This document shows positions 15,052 through 27,634 of a stretch of 64,000 bases of DNA, piece by piece. Position 1 is the stretch's first letter, and every line of letters starts with the position of its first letter. The notes under the pieces are model-generated. The model ran no database searches. It saw only the letters and a list, made by a program, of their open reading frames with translations, and was not told the origin of the DNA. Origin of the DNA: Xylographa opegraphella (lineage: Eukaryota); the NCBI GenBank assembly GCA_022813865.1, contig JALDZX010000017.1, positions 310,001-374,000 of the forward strand, written 5' to 3'. A program made the translations under genes and the position numbers.

Positions 15052-16548
15052 CTACTTCCTCCGTTTCTTCCTCGGCTTCGGCGAAGCTCGGTCGTCGTGG
15101 GGGCCGCCGGCTACACTCTCCTCGCTCTCGGTGTTGGCTCGCTTCTTCCCTGCCGCAGAGATTTTACCCTCGCTTCCCTTTTTGACCTGCACGTTGGCAC
15201 CCTGGAGCTTGAGACCCTTGGTGAGGATCGAACTGGCCCGCATGCCCGGAAAGTCCTTTGCGCTGAAGACCTCAAAGACATCGCTGTCGACCTCCGCGAT
15301 GGTCGGCATGGGCCCGCCCGGCAGCAGCGAGTTGACATTCAAACTGACGAGGGTGAAGTGGAGCCGATACAAGCCGTTCTGGCGGCACGACAGATCGTGG
15401 AAGATGAAAAAGCATCCGGTACGGGAGTTCTCCGGGGCGGACGATGGAGTTTCGGGGTCAATGCCGATGAAAGGGTTCGCGACCAGGGTACCCATGAGAC
15501 GGCGGGACAGCCTCTCGGAATTGTTAGGATCGGAGATGGAGGATACATCACGGCCGGCCGGACTGGTCCGCCGCGGAATGGAATGCAAGGCACAGTGGAC
15601 GATGTTCATCGGCCATCGGATCTTCGCTTGATCCTCCGGAGAGTCGGGATCGAAGTCGGTCAGGGTGAGTTGCAGGATTGGTGGAGGATCGATGGTCCGT
15701 CGGTCCCGCTCGCCTTGACCGCAGGCTCGCGCAGCGATGGGTTGCTGACGAATCTTGAGCCGGCATCGGTTCTGCCCGAGATTCGGGTCGGGTGCGGCCG
15801 GACGAGGCACGTAATTCGACGAACTCTCGTGGGTGCTCGAAGAAACAGCGGTGGTACTTACGCCGCTATCCGAAAGATGGGTGATCGATGGTCGAGTGAT
15901 GTGCGAAATGGAAGGGCCTCTGGAACTGGTGAAGGAGCTCACGGAGCTGCGAGGAGCCGAGTGGACTGGCGAAACAGAGGACGGTACAGTGGGCCGACTC
16001 TCTTCCCACTGCGAATATCGTCGCGCTGCTTCCGGATACCCATGAGGTCCCGTTTGACTGGTCTGCGGACTCGACGTTGGCCGGTCATCGAAGCACTCTG
16101 GGCGTGATGTTGATGGTGGAGATATTTGGAGGCTCCCCCGTGGCGAGACGGGCGAGACGGTGGTCCGTATGTTCGCAGCGGAGTATGGATCCGGGTGCAG
16201 GACTCGAGCCAACGGTACCGCAGCTGGTGGCCTGTCGGCGGGACTTCTTATCATCAAAGGAGGGTATGGTGGACGGGGGAGGCTCGGCGCACCCGAGGGC
16301 GGGTACGATGGATAGCGGTGCAGAGGAAATGGAGGGGGCGATGCCAACGCGGGCAGCGTATTCGGTGGCGGTAGGTTTCGAGAAAATGGGTTCTGTGACA
16401 GCGTGGGTGGAGGAGGGAATGGCGGAGGGTGCAGCGGCGGAAGCTGGGTCAGGGCCATTGGGTACGACGGTCCCGCCGGTCCTGCCGGACCCGCGTTCTG
16501 TGGATGGATTGGCGTTGGCGGTGGAGGGCGAGGAGGTCGTGGGGACAT
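15052..16548 (-). CDS. velC: Velvet-domain transcription regulator, VelC-like (Pro-rich N-terminus, C-terminal velvet domain, basic NLS)
   Basis: RLKIRQQPIAARACGQGERDRRTIDPPPILQL...FFIFHDLSCRQNGLYRLHFTL...FEVFSAKDFPGMRASS; ends PRKKRRK. Subfamily inferred from domain position. Confidence 0.8.
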   Translation of the reverse strand: MSPRPPRPPPPTPIHPQNAGPAGPAGPSYPMALTQLPPLHPPPFPPPPTLSQNPFSRNLPPPNTLPALASPPPFPLHRYPSYPPSGAPSLPRPPYPPLMIRSPADRPPAAVPLARVLHPDPYSAANIRTTVSPVSPRGSLQISPPSTSRPECFDDRPTSSPQTSQTGPHGYPEAARRYSQWEESRPTVPSSVSPVHSAPRSSVSSFTSSRGPSISHITRPSITHLSDSGVSTTAVSSSTHESSSNYVPRPAAPDPNLGQNRCRLKIRQQPIAARACGQGERDRRTIDPPPILQLTLTDFDPDSPEDQAKIRWPMNIVHCALHSIPRRTSPAGRDVSSISDPNNSERLSRRLMGTLVANPFIGIDPETPSSAPENSRTGCFFIFHDLSCRQNGLYRLHFTLVSLNVNSLLPGGPMPTIAEVDSDVFEVFSAKDFPGMRASSILTKGLKLQGANVQVKKGSEGKISAAGKKRANTESEESVAGGPHDDRASPKPRKKRRK

Positions 16549-16939
16549 AGGTCAGGTGCGTCGACCCCCACGAGGCCTGGATGGCAACGACAGAGCGGAT
16601 TCACATCACATGGAGATGGATGCAAGCCGCTCGCGACTGAAGGAAACTGAGGCTCGAGCCGGGCGACAGCAGCAAAGGAAGTGAGGTCTCTGCAGCACGC
16701 CACCGGAGTCCTGGCGGTTGGTGGGGCGGACGGAGGTTTTGAGCGGGATGGTGGCAGAGGTGCAGGCTGGCGAAGAGCGCTCTACTGGCTGGACATGGGA
16801 GGTGAGTCGGTGGAGGTGGATGGCGCATGGTCTGAGCAGCGAGGAGAGGTGCTAAGCTCCCTCGCCGTATGATCAGCGCGCCTGGAGGGAAGGGTAGCCC
16901 GCTACCGCGCAGGCTGACGGGATGATGGAGATTGAGAGG

Positions 16940-17490
16940 ACTAGGTAGGTACGGAAGTAAGGTCAGGTCAGGTCGAGTCAGGTCGAGTCAGGTCGAGTCA
17001 GGTCAGTGGTAGGGCGAGACGGAGCGGGTAGTTGAGTGGATTAGAGCGGAGTAGCTGCCGCATCTGAGCTGTGCGTTGGAAGGCGGTAAGTGACTAGGTA
17101 GGTAGGTAGGTGTATGATTGATGGAGGATGGGGGAGGTGGGAGGTGGGAGGTTGGATGTGGAGGTGGATGCGGATGTGGATGTGGATCTTTCGAGATTGC
17201 AGGGCCAGGGGTGGGTGTTGTGGTGTGGATGGATGGGCCAGCTGGCCAGCTGAATGAAGGATGAAGGATGAAGGATGAAGGATGAAGGATGATATGATTC
17301 GAGAGCGACGAGAAGAGAAAGGGAAGGCAGGAATAGGAAAAAGCATAAAAGCGAGATCTAGATTGGATCGTGCGCTAGGTCTGAGCGCTGGCCTTCTTTA
17401 CGATACTTCCCATGGTTAAGGTAGGGGAGGGGGGAGGGGGGAGGGGGGAGAGGGAGCGTTGGGGGCGTTGGGGGCGTTGAGCGCGTTGGA
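16940..17490. repeat. Simple-repeat tract upstream of the velvet gene: (TCAGGTCGAG)n, (TAGG)n, (GGATGAA)n, G-runs, (GGGGGCGTT)n
   Basis: Read directly from the sequence. Confidence 0.85.
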
Positions 17491-20400
17491 AGGTCGGACG
17501 AGGGGGGCCAAACATCCCAGCGCACGATGCAGAAAAAGCAGCAGCGAAATCCGAGTTCACTCTCTGCCCTCCACCCCCGCTAGCGGCCTGCAGGAGAGAG
17601 AGAGAGCGTCTGGCGCAAAACATAGGATAGTACGACGGAGCTCGCTCGACCGACTGGGTAAGGAACGTCCGACTAAGGCAGTCCCTATCCACGAAAAGGG
17701 AAGTACCGTCTCTAGGGTAGGTCAGGTAAGGCAAGCTGAGGTTGCAGTGTACAGCATTCCTCCTGCACTCGTCCACCGACGCCTCCGAACGGCCACACAA
17801 GGGTGGTTTCGGCAGTTCAGTTCAGTCCAACGCTTGCTGATCAGTGATCAATAGATCGAATAAGGTAGGCAGGCAATGAACATGAGTATGCATCCCGAAC
17901 CTCTCCCCTCGCTATCCATCACGACATACATGCTGCTGATTCTCCGCGCTTGCCATCACCGAGTACCTTATCTACCTTACCTTACTACAGGACCGTAGTA
18001 CCTTAGTCCGCACCAAGTCCACCACCTCTCGATCGCATTCGGACCTCCCTTCCGTCCTCTGCTGCCGCTTTCGGCTGTTTGGGACGTCGTGAACGGGTTC
18101 GGCTCCTCTTCCGAACGGGGTGGTGCTGGCCACTGGGCCTCTCAGCAGTCGCCGCCGATCACTGATCGGGCCCCTCGGCAACCACGGTCGAGCAGCGTCG
18201 AACTAAATCCCAGCGTCCCCGGTTGAGGTCGTGCATCTGTTCTACCGTAGATACCAGAGTAGTACGGAGTAGCAGTAGTGAATAGGTAATACCTGAGTGA
18301 TGACCATCTCGCCACCGCAATGAGAATTTGCCGCTTTCTGCCCGCTGAAACGGCAACGAAAACCAAGGGCAGCCCAGCTGGAATGCGTGCACTGAGCAGT
18401 GGTGATACGTGCGCTTCTTCGTCGTGTTGAAATGCTCACCACTCCGAACCCGGAAATCCTTCTGTGATCTTTCTCTCGGCACTTGGCTATCATCCCGTCC
18501 CCCCCGTCGCATCTGTCCTGCCGGCCAGGAACATCACTCACCGTTGGTCCCGGAACTGTTTTCCCACTGAAATGATGATGGAGGCTCACTGCCGCCGTGA
18601 TGACGCTAGCCGGCCCCCCTCGGCCCCTCCCCCTCTGATCTCTTTCCTCTTCGACGACTGGTCACCCAAGGTCGAGATGACGGATGCCTCCTAGTCATAA
18701 ATCAGAATTGCCATGTTCGTGTCTGCGAATGAACGTCTAGTCCACGACGTGCGTGCATTGGCCGGACGGTTCATCGAAACATTGAACAGCCTCGCATTTC
18801 TCATTTCCACCACCGGGAGAACCTGGCGCACCATCTTCGGTCTCCACAGTCGGATCGCCAACTCAAGGACGAAGATGGCAAAAAGGCAGCCGGAGCTCCA
18901 GGTGGGCGGTCACCAGCTTCCCTGCTGCAGCTGTCAAACCGGCAGAGGTCCCCACTCTGGAGACGTTCGTCCAATGAAGCCCGTCCAACGGCGAGAAAGA
19001 TGGACGGACGCAGTCGCAGGCAAGCCGCATGTTCATATTAGACCATCTCAATCATCCCCGACACATGGGTACCCATCCTGCCACTTTCCAGGGTGCTGGA
19101 TGGCAACGTCTGCAGCTTTTCGTGCCGATGTCATCATGCTGTTTCATTTGACATTGGCAACATTCGATGCTTGAATACGTAGCGCGAGCATGGGAAAAGG
19201 ATGGGCAGCCTGTGCTTCGTGCCGAAAATCACATCTCGCACTTCCGTTGCCCTTGACCCGAGCCTCACAGCCGGCTCGCCCATTGGCTGGTCTCTCAGTA
19301 TCTCCACAATACGAGGATCTGCCAGATCATGCAACTACAGCCGGCAGGCGTCAAGCCCCGGATTCGATCGGCGAATAGCGGGAAATGACACCGACGGCTC
19401 CTTCCGGCAAAACGCAGCATTATGTTTATTCTGCTCGCTGTCAACACGACTGCTGCTACGGACTACTGATGAAGGCTGCCGTCGGTACTTCTTAATGGCT
19501 GAGAAGGACGAGGACGGGTCCGAACGGAAACCTCATCTGCAGCTGCGCAACCCCTGCTGCTTGCTCTGTCAGGGGTCACATCGACCAGCGGTGTCCCCCA
19601 CGCCCCCTCCCACGGATCTCTGTATCCTCCGCTGCTTGCGAACCAACGTGGGAGAGGCCCTGGGTGACGACGACGAAGTACGGCATGGCCTGACGAGGTG
19701 CGCAGGACCTTCGTACCTAGCTTATGATTGACCTGTCAGCCGTGAAGCTGCCTCTGGTGTTAGCGGCCCGCCTAGCTAGTCCCGCGCGAATTAGTGGCAT
19801 GTTTTGGCTAATTGATGGCGGACATTCAACGGTGTTCCGCCAATGAAGCGATCGTGTCAACCGGTCGAGGTAAGTCGTTTGGCCCGCACTAAAATATGGG
19901 AAAGACTCGGTGTCCTCGAACCGGGAATTTAGTGTTGTCCGCAGTGCCGAATGGGCGCTGCGGCCGGTCTGATACTTCCACCCGTCCACCCTGTACAGTA
20001 GTATCGACCTCGACAGATATGCACTACTGCCCAAACACACCGTCCCGCTCGGGCGCGAGCTACAAAGCCTGGGTGTGACGATATGTGAGTCTGGCTGCGC
20101 AGGGCGCAATGGTGCAGTTGGTGCCCAGGTGGAAGGAAGGTCGTTATCATGAGCGGCAGCGGGGGAAGACACAACACGGTGCGTGATACGGCGCGTGTCC
20201 AGTGCGACCACGGCCTCCCGAAGGCTGCCTGTGCCGAACGGAATGGGTATCTTTGAGGAGGGACGGTACGGTAAGGTAAGTGTAAGGTATCGATCTGTGC
20301 ATCGAACCACCCAGATGATCCTTGTACCTGCAGCTGTCAAAACCTTATCGCTGGGTCCACTCCTGGCGCGGCGAGAAGGGAGGGAGGGTGAGATGGGTGG

Positions 20401-21579
20401 GCGACCACTTCCGGTTACCGTCCTGAGTCTGTCACACCCACCACCGTCGTTTGCTTCCAACGGAGGTACTTTGTGGACCGCTGCTTCCACGCTACCCTTC
20501 CGTCGCGAGACTTTGCAGCTGGCTCCAGGTTCGATGATTCTTCTTGGGCGCTCACGTCGTTCGTCACCGTCAGCTCAGCTGCGGCGGTGGCTGCCTGCTT
20601 CTCGTGCTTTGGTCGCGGGTGGGCGAAAAGTACCCGAGAACTTGAGAGCGTGGCCGGCACTGTGTAAGGTAAAATGAGCTGCGCTGAGGCATGAGGCGAC
20701 TACTAGCCCGAGCACGTGATACTGCTAAAACCCAACGGACCGCTAGCCCCGATAATGCACCACGCCCACGAATAGGAAAGATGCCGCATCACGATAAAAA
20801 AGCCGCTCTGCCAAAAACACACCCGTTTTTTTGGTCCCGTTTTTTTTTTTTTTTGCGCAATCAAGGCCCAGGTCAGGTACAGGGGTGCGGAAAGGCAATT
20901 CTCCCCTGCAAGCCTCAGGCAACACTAAACCTCATCCCAACACACCTCACCTTCCCCCCCCCCGGTCGAAGGACTTCGCCCCCGGTCCCTGGCGTCCATC
21001 ATTCGCTCCTTCGGGCACTGGTCAGCAGGGGCCTCCCCCCCGCGCTGCGCTTCTGTCCCTCTTGGGGGCCTGGGTGAAGGGGGCAGCGCGCGCGCGCACT
21101 TGGGTTGATGCGCGCACACTATGTAGCAGAAAGAGGGGAGAGGAGGCGGTGAGTGTGCGGCCACGATGGAATTTCTTCGCAGGCCTCGCCAAACGCAGTT
21201 CGTGGGTCGCTTTTCGACTGCTGTGGGATGAGACACGAGGCATCAGGCATCAATTACAGAAGGATGGGTAGGTATTTCTACTGTGTACGCATTTCTTCTG
21301 GACCAAGCATTCCCCCCCCCCCCCACGTCCTTTTTCGGCACCGGAGCACCACCGTCCGTCTCGTGCGCTACTGCGAGATCGGCCCGCCCGAACGGGAATG
21401 GGATCGGAGAGGGGAGAGGCATGGGGAGGGGGAGAGGCATGGGGAAGGGGGGGAGGGGGAAGGGGGGGGGGTTATGCTGAGGGAGTGTATGTTTTAGCTA
21501 TGAGGGAAAAGTACCATAATGTAGTGAGTTAGGTAGATCTTTCGATTACTGCTATTACTAGACTAGGTACTGCTACGGA

Positions 21580-21645
21580 GTACTACTACTACTACTACTG
21601 CTACTACTACTGCTACTACTACCACTACTACTACCACCACCACCA
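21580..21645. repeat. (TAC)n/(CAC)n trinucleotide microsatellite
   Basis: tactactactactactactgctactac...caccaccac. Confidence 0.9.
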
Positions 21646-22317
21646 CTTGCTCTAGCCCCCCCACCTCCAGCGCACCGGACGCTTCGCTCCGCTCTCGTCC
21701 TATTGGACGCTTTACTTTGCTTGCTTGCTTGCTTACTTACCTACTTACTACAAAAGGAGCTTTAGGCGTGTAGTGAGTACCTTAACTAATCAAATAAACA
21801 AACAACCAACTACCCAAATAACTAAACAGCATGATCCCACGCATATCAAAAGGCCCCCGCCGTCCCGCGCGCTGAGCTGGGAGCTGAGCGGGAAGCTGTG
21901 TGTAGCTCGGCCGCTGCTTGAGATAGGGGACGCGGTGGCTGCGGGCGCGGGTTCGGACGCCGGAGGGCGGAGTGTGGATGGATGGATGGGAGGGAGCTTC
22001 GCGTGAGGGCGGGGAGGGGGCCGGGCGGGGTATGCTGCACTGTGTTTTTCGGCCGTTGGGGTAGAAGGGCGGTGGAGGGGCGGAGAGGGCGGCGGGGCTG
22101 CTCGTCAGATAGGGAATGGGTGGCATGGCGGGCCCTCGTGTGCGTTTCGGGGGCTCAGGTGCCGTGCCTTGCCTTGCCTTACTTTGTAGCGACCCGTCTC
22201 AAGGGAATGTCAAACAGGTATGGGGGGGGGGGGAACGGCGCTGCTCTGGAACACGCCGCCGTATACGGAGCGCGGAGCGCGGGGTTTGGTCTGTGTGGAG
22301 AGGTGATTACTTCGTAG

Positions 22318-22370
22318 GATGAGGGAGTTTCGAGCATGAGGGTTTCGAGCATGAGGGTTTCGAGCACGAG
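22318..22370. repeat. 15-bp tandem repeat (GGGTTTCGAGCATGA) x about 3
   Basis: gagtttcgagcatgagggtttcgagcatgagggtttcgagcacgag. Confidence 0.85.
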
Positions 22371-22546
22371 GTTCGGCGCTAGTAGAATAATACTCAGATG
22401 GCCATTCGACCTACTTTAGAATTATCAATTCCCATCGAAGTAGAATGATCGACGTATAGACCAGCTAGATTCGTGACTCTCGCTATCCCGACCAACGGAT
22501 GCCCCGTCTCCCTTCCAGCGCCCGCCCTCGCTCAACAACCCACCCC

Positions 22547-24004
22547 TCACCCTCCCTCGACCCCATCCCCCTCCCCAACAACCACGCTCTCCAACCCCCG
22601 CGCCAAAAACGCCCCCGTCAAGAAATCCCGCGGCCCATACCACCGCTCCACCAACCACGGCACCGCCTGCGGCCCATACACTGCCGACGCCCGCGCCCGC
22701 AGCAGCACCTCCCGACCACGATCGCGCTCCCCCCGCCCGCGCAGCAGCAGCGCCAGCAGCACCTGGCTCTCGTCCGCGCCGCGGCTCTGCGCGTCCTCGG
22801 CGCCGAGGGCGAACCACTCGGAAGCGAGCAGGCGGCGCTCGCGCAGCGAGGCGAACGGGCCCGCGCGGGGCCCTGGCCGCAGGCGTCCTGCTGCCCCACC
22901 GCCGCTCCGCGACCCGAGGCCGAGGTAGTACCGCCCCAGCTTGTGCGCAGCGTCCGAGATGCCGGCGGCGGCGGCGCGCAGCAGGAAGCGCTCGTGGTCC
23001 GGGTGGGCGGGGGCGCGGTAGGCGGTGGCGAGGTAGTAGTAGGCCCAGGGGTCGTGGTGCTCGCGCGCGCCCTGCTCGAGCGCGACGCGCGCGCCGTCCG
23101 TGTCGCCCGTGCGCTTGCGCAGCTTGGCCAGCGTGCTCCACCCCTTGCTCATGGTCGCGCCCACCGCCTCCGCGCCCGTGTACGTCCCGCTGTCGCGCAG
23201 CATCGCCGCCTCGCACAGCTGTAGCGCTTGCCGAGGGCGGCCCTGCGCCGCGAGCAGCTCCGCTTGCAGCACCATCGCCGCGGGGTTGCCTGCCTCTACT
23301 AGCCGTAGTAGGTGCGTCCGCGCGCCGGCGATGTCGGGGTGCCGCGTGCGCTCCGTCTGTACGGCCTGGCTGACGAGCGTGATGGTCGCGGCCTCGTCGT
23401 CCAGCGCGGACGCCGACAGCAGCAGCTCGCGTGCGACGGGGAAGAGCGCCGGGTCGCCGGCCTTGAGCAGGATTTGCGCGAGGATGGTCAGCGTCATGGG
23501 CTGAATGCCGTGCTCTGCGCCGGGGTGTCAGCCCTTTGTTTCTCGCGCCTCTCGTGCCCTCCATCTCTCTCTCCATTCCATCCGGTAGCATTGCCCCTCC
23601 CGTGCCCTCTCGAGAAACTCACCGTCACATAATCTTTGCACGGCAATCTTCCCCGGCCGGCTGTACCGCGTCAGCTTCTCAAACGCCTCCAGCGCCATCT
23701 CCGCCTCCACCACGCTCACAGGCAGGCCCCCTGCCTCGTACGCCGCTAGTAGGACCTCCGTCGGCCATAACCGCCGGGGGCCTCGCTGCTGCTGCTGCTG
23801 GTCCGCGGGACGGTGCTTGCGGTCCCATTCAGCGTCTTTGACTTTGGGCGAGCGGCGCCAGGATTCGCGCTGGACCGAAGCGGTATGGAACGATTGAAGT
23901 TTGTGGAGGATCGGTCGAGGACGGGGGTGTTGACTGTGGATGAAAAGGGGACGCGTGTGGTGGCTGTGGATGGTGCGGAGCGGGGCGACGAAGCGGCTGC
24001 TCAT
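22547..24004 (-). CDS. Mitochondrial Sel1/TPR-like helical repeat protein (MSS2-like); 1 intron (~23516-23622)
   Basis: Arg/His-rich presequence MSSRFVAPLRTIHSHH...SFHTAS. GTGAGT..GCTGAC..CAG intron joins RLCD to EHGIQPMTLTILAQ. Sel1-like motifs DPWAYYYLA, AAAAGISDAAHKLGRYY. Confidence 0.65.
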
Positions 24005-24556
24005 TTTGGGAGCATCGTTGTTTTGTGGTGGAGGTTTTGGGGTGCAGAGGTATGTTGTCGGGAGGGGGGCGGGTGGATGTATTTCCGGTATTGGGATTGA
24101 GAAGCTTGGACCGGATAGTTCGCATGCGGAAACCAGCAATAGTGTACACGCATTCAAGGCTAGGTGTGTGCTATTGTTCTGTTTTATAGGTATGAGCGAC
24201 TTTGATTGCAGAATTTCACGTGGTATACAGTGGAGAATGGGTGAGGTAAATGCTTAGTGGCCTGTCGTAGGACTGCAATAGCCTTCGACACTTGAGTTAT
24301 CTCGCCAGGAGAATGATCTTACTCATATGGTAGAGCTTCAAGCGCTTTCGATTGGTTGTATCTGTAATACGTTGACGTATGCTAAAGACCGTTGACGGCG
24401 TCCTTCAGAAAATCGAGTACTGTCTATTTGTTCCAACGACGAACCTCTCTATGGAACTCTTCCCTGACCCTAAAATTCGTTTCGAACACACCAATACCGC
24501 TCTTCTCAACGATGTGCAATATTGAAACATAGCTCATTCCATAAACCAATGGCTCA

Positions 24557-26772
24557 TCACAGCTTAGGCCCAAACTTCACCCGCTCGTCCTTCTTAACCA
24601 ATACCTCGGAATTGGGATAAGGGTCAATAGTCAGAGCATTGAGCGGGTTCAATTCGCTGGCGCGGTGGAACAGGTCCTCGTACACCTTTCCATCGTATCG
24701 TCCCAAACTGCTGTCGAGTTGCCAGTCCGGGAATTTCCAGGAATCAACGAGCCTCACAGCATGCGGTCTGATCTCCTCGAGAAGCTTCATCACGGTCTTC
24801 GTCCTAGCGAGCTGGATCTGACGAACCGTAACGGCACTGGAGGAGAAGAATTCGCTGGCCTCTCGCTCGAGCGTATTCAATGCGTAAAGTCTGAATAGCT
24901 TCTGCAATAATGCAATAGTGTCCGGGTCGAGCTCGGATTGGATTGCGTTTCCCTTCAGAGCGTCGTGGAAGTTCTTGACGACCAGATACTGTGAATGAGC
25001 CGTGCTAAGGCGCCAGAAATCCACAAGAAGACTGTTCCAGGAGTTTTTGTCTTCGTCACGATGTTTGAGGGCCTCAAAGGTGAGGAATGCTGTTCGCCAA
25101 GCAAAAGCTGCCACTATATCTTCATCTCGGCCGAGAACATCAAAAGCAGCGCCCATATCACGACGGGCAAGGAAGTTTTGAAGAATATTAGTCGTGTCAT
25201 TGGCTGGAGGGCTGCCCTTAAGGACCGTACGTGCAGATTTCAGGAGCTAGGACTATCAGCATTGCAAAAGAATTTGAGCGACATACCACTTACATATCTT
25301 GCAACCTGCTGGGTCAACATGTAGTTGTCGCCCTCCCAAGTTGTGGTTGGCAGATAATCTGCATACCAAGATCCAATTCCAGAGAAACTGCTGTACCCAT
25401 GACCACCGCATGCCCGCCGACAGACCTCCAGGCCTTCTGCAGCTGTAGTGCTCGCAAGAGCCTTCAGTCCACAGGATGTAGCATGCAGATCCGCTAATAG
25501 GTCCGTGCCTGGATGTAGCTCTTCGGGACCAGCGCCACGATTGGTCGAGGATGCTTTTCCAGCGTCGCCTGCCATCTTCTTCTGGTTTTGTTGATAAAGC
25601 TCCATCATGCCCCTGCCAGTGAAGTGCAGCGCAAAGGTAGCAGCTAACAGAGGTAACAGTCGTATCTGAACCCTATAGCGCGGATTAGCTTTTAAACTAA
25701 AGACGCGAGTTGCAAGTCCATGGGGCCGCAACAAAACTTACATCGTATAATTCAGAACCTGATTCTCTCCAGTCTCCCATTCTTGAGCATCTCGATCCTG
25801 GAACTGCCGTCGAACGGCAGCGTATCTAGTAGCGATTGTAACACCACGAGCAAGCACTCCCCCTGACTGGAGTACGATGGTTGACCGTACCCACGTCAAT
25901 GTTCCATATACTAAGGACGCAGAGGCAGGCCTTATATATTTATTTGACTTCGGGTCGATTCCTGAGAATTTCGCCAGCATGTTGACATGGGGAATCTTGA
26001 CATGGTTCAGGAGTAGGAACCCGTTATCCATGGTGTTGTACCCAAATTTAGGGCCTATATCACCGACTGAAATGCCCTCTAGCGGCTCGTGTGTCTTCAT
26101 ATCCCGTATTTGTACCACGAATGGATGAGGACCATAGCTCTTTCCACCAATTACCAATTGAGCCATAACAACAGCATGGTTGGCAGTCCTTCCCAGCGAT
26201 CCTATCCACCACTTTGAAGCTGTGAGATGAGGTGAGTGTATAGTGAATGTCTTGTCGTCCGGATTCCAGGTAGCAGTTGTCTCCAAACCTCGGACATTAG
26301 AGCCGTGACCTAGCTCTGTCTGAGCATAGCAGCCTATTATCTCATATTTCTCAGCTTTTTCCAAGAAGAGCTTGTGTTGCTTTGGCGTGCCCTGGTCCCG
26401 CAGAGTGATAAGAAACATGCTGGAATGGAGTCCGTAGGGGCCCGGCTCGCTAATGAGCTCGTTGGCCATTATGAACTCTTCCTGTGACCATTTGTTTTTC
26501 ACCTTGAGCTGCTCTAATCGCTTTGCTCGAGCCAAAGCGGTCTTAAAGCGGTCGACTCTGCCATCGAAGTAGTTCTGCGATTTGTCAAAGACCTTGTCTG
26601 CCTGAAGGACCTTCAATATCTTGGCCTGTCTCTGAAGCACTTCATTGGTGAAAAGGAATGTAGCGAGCTTGTCGACGTCGAGGTTTGACTTGCTCCTTTC
26701 TTGGATAAGAAGATCTGAGCCTTGAGGGTCCGAGGGCTTCAGCTTCTTCACCCAAGCTGGTGGTGGAGCCAT
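24557..26772 (-). CDS. POX1: Peroxisomal acyl-CoA oxidase, 2 introns
   Basis: IIGCYAQTELGHGSNVRGLETTAT, ASKWWIGSLG, GDIGPKFG...DNGFL, CRRACGGHGYS, TWEGDNYML, SSLGRYDGKVYE. C-terminal PKL (PTS1 variant). Confidence 0.95.
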
Positions 26773-26946
26773 GGCAGTGGAAGGGTATCCTGCTTGTGGG
26801 TTTTACCAAGGAACGTGTGCTCCTTTGATCTCTTCTTGAAGGTGAAAGTCGAGAGGAGGGACGAATTGATCAGACGGAGCGAATGTCGAGTGTAATATGG
26901 AGAAAATGCATGGACTTGGAATGACGACTGGAGATACATAAACTGC

Positions 26947-27214
26947 CCGAGGGCCGAGGTTCCCCGGATTTCGCTTAGGATAGGTCCAGTCTACCCCTTT
27001 CTGCGAGGCACAGGCCAGATGGTCCTTGTTCTTCACTCTGTAACAGGAATTCGATGTCGTCCGTCTCCTCGAACATGGCCAACTTGACCAAGGCGTTTAT
27101 GCCGGTAACCGAAGGCCCACTCGCACTTTGTTTGGATAAAATCGCACGCAGACGAGAGCAAGATTCCTCTTTACAATTAATTCATGTAAAGTTGTTTTGA
27201 TGACGAAACCGAGG
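26947..27214. promoter_or_regulatory. Three CCTCGG/CCGAGG FarA/FarB (CTF1-type) fatty-acid response elements upstream of POX1
   Basis: CCGAGG at 26947-26952, 26954-26959 and 27209-27214, within 450 bp of the POX1 ATG. The motif is established for beta-oxidation genes in Aspergillus nidulans. Confidence 0.7.
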
Positions 27215-27634
27215 CATGAGTTTTCATATTGATCGTCTTGCACAATCAGTTCGCTCTCAAAAACGGCGATGGTGAAGTATTATGGTACTTTCTACACCTG
27301 AGTGATCGAGGTTGAAGTCCCATTTAGTGATTGAGCTATTCTACCTTCTTCTCCACTGCCTTTCTCAAATATGTGAAGACGGCTGCTGCGTTCCTTCCAA
27401 AATCTGTTTTCCAATGCTCCATTCTGATAGACCCTTTCTGATAGAGTCTCAAAGCTTCCTCATTGACTCCCTCTTCGCCCCTTACAACATCACATATTGT
27501 GCATGGAAGGTATGACCCACCCCCTGAGCTCAATAACCACCACAATAACCACACCGTTCATATCAATCCACCCAATACGCACTCCTACCCAGCATCTTAC
27601 CCGTCATGAAGAACCACATTATCCTTACCTCCCC

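Noticed and set aside
14914..16107. 397-aa + strand ORF
   Set aside because: Antisense shadow of the GC-rich velvet CDS.
22425..23591. 388-aa Arg/Gly/Ala-rich minus ORF and other overlapping ORFs
   Set aside because: Alternative frames of the very GC-rich Sel1-like exon.
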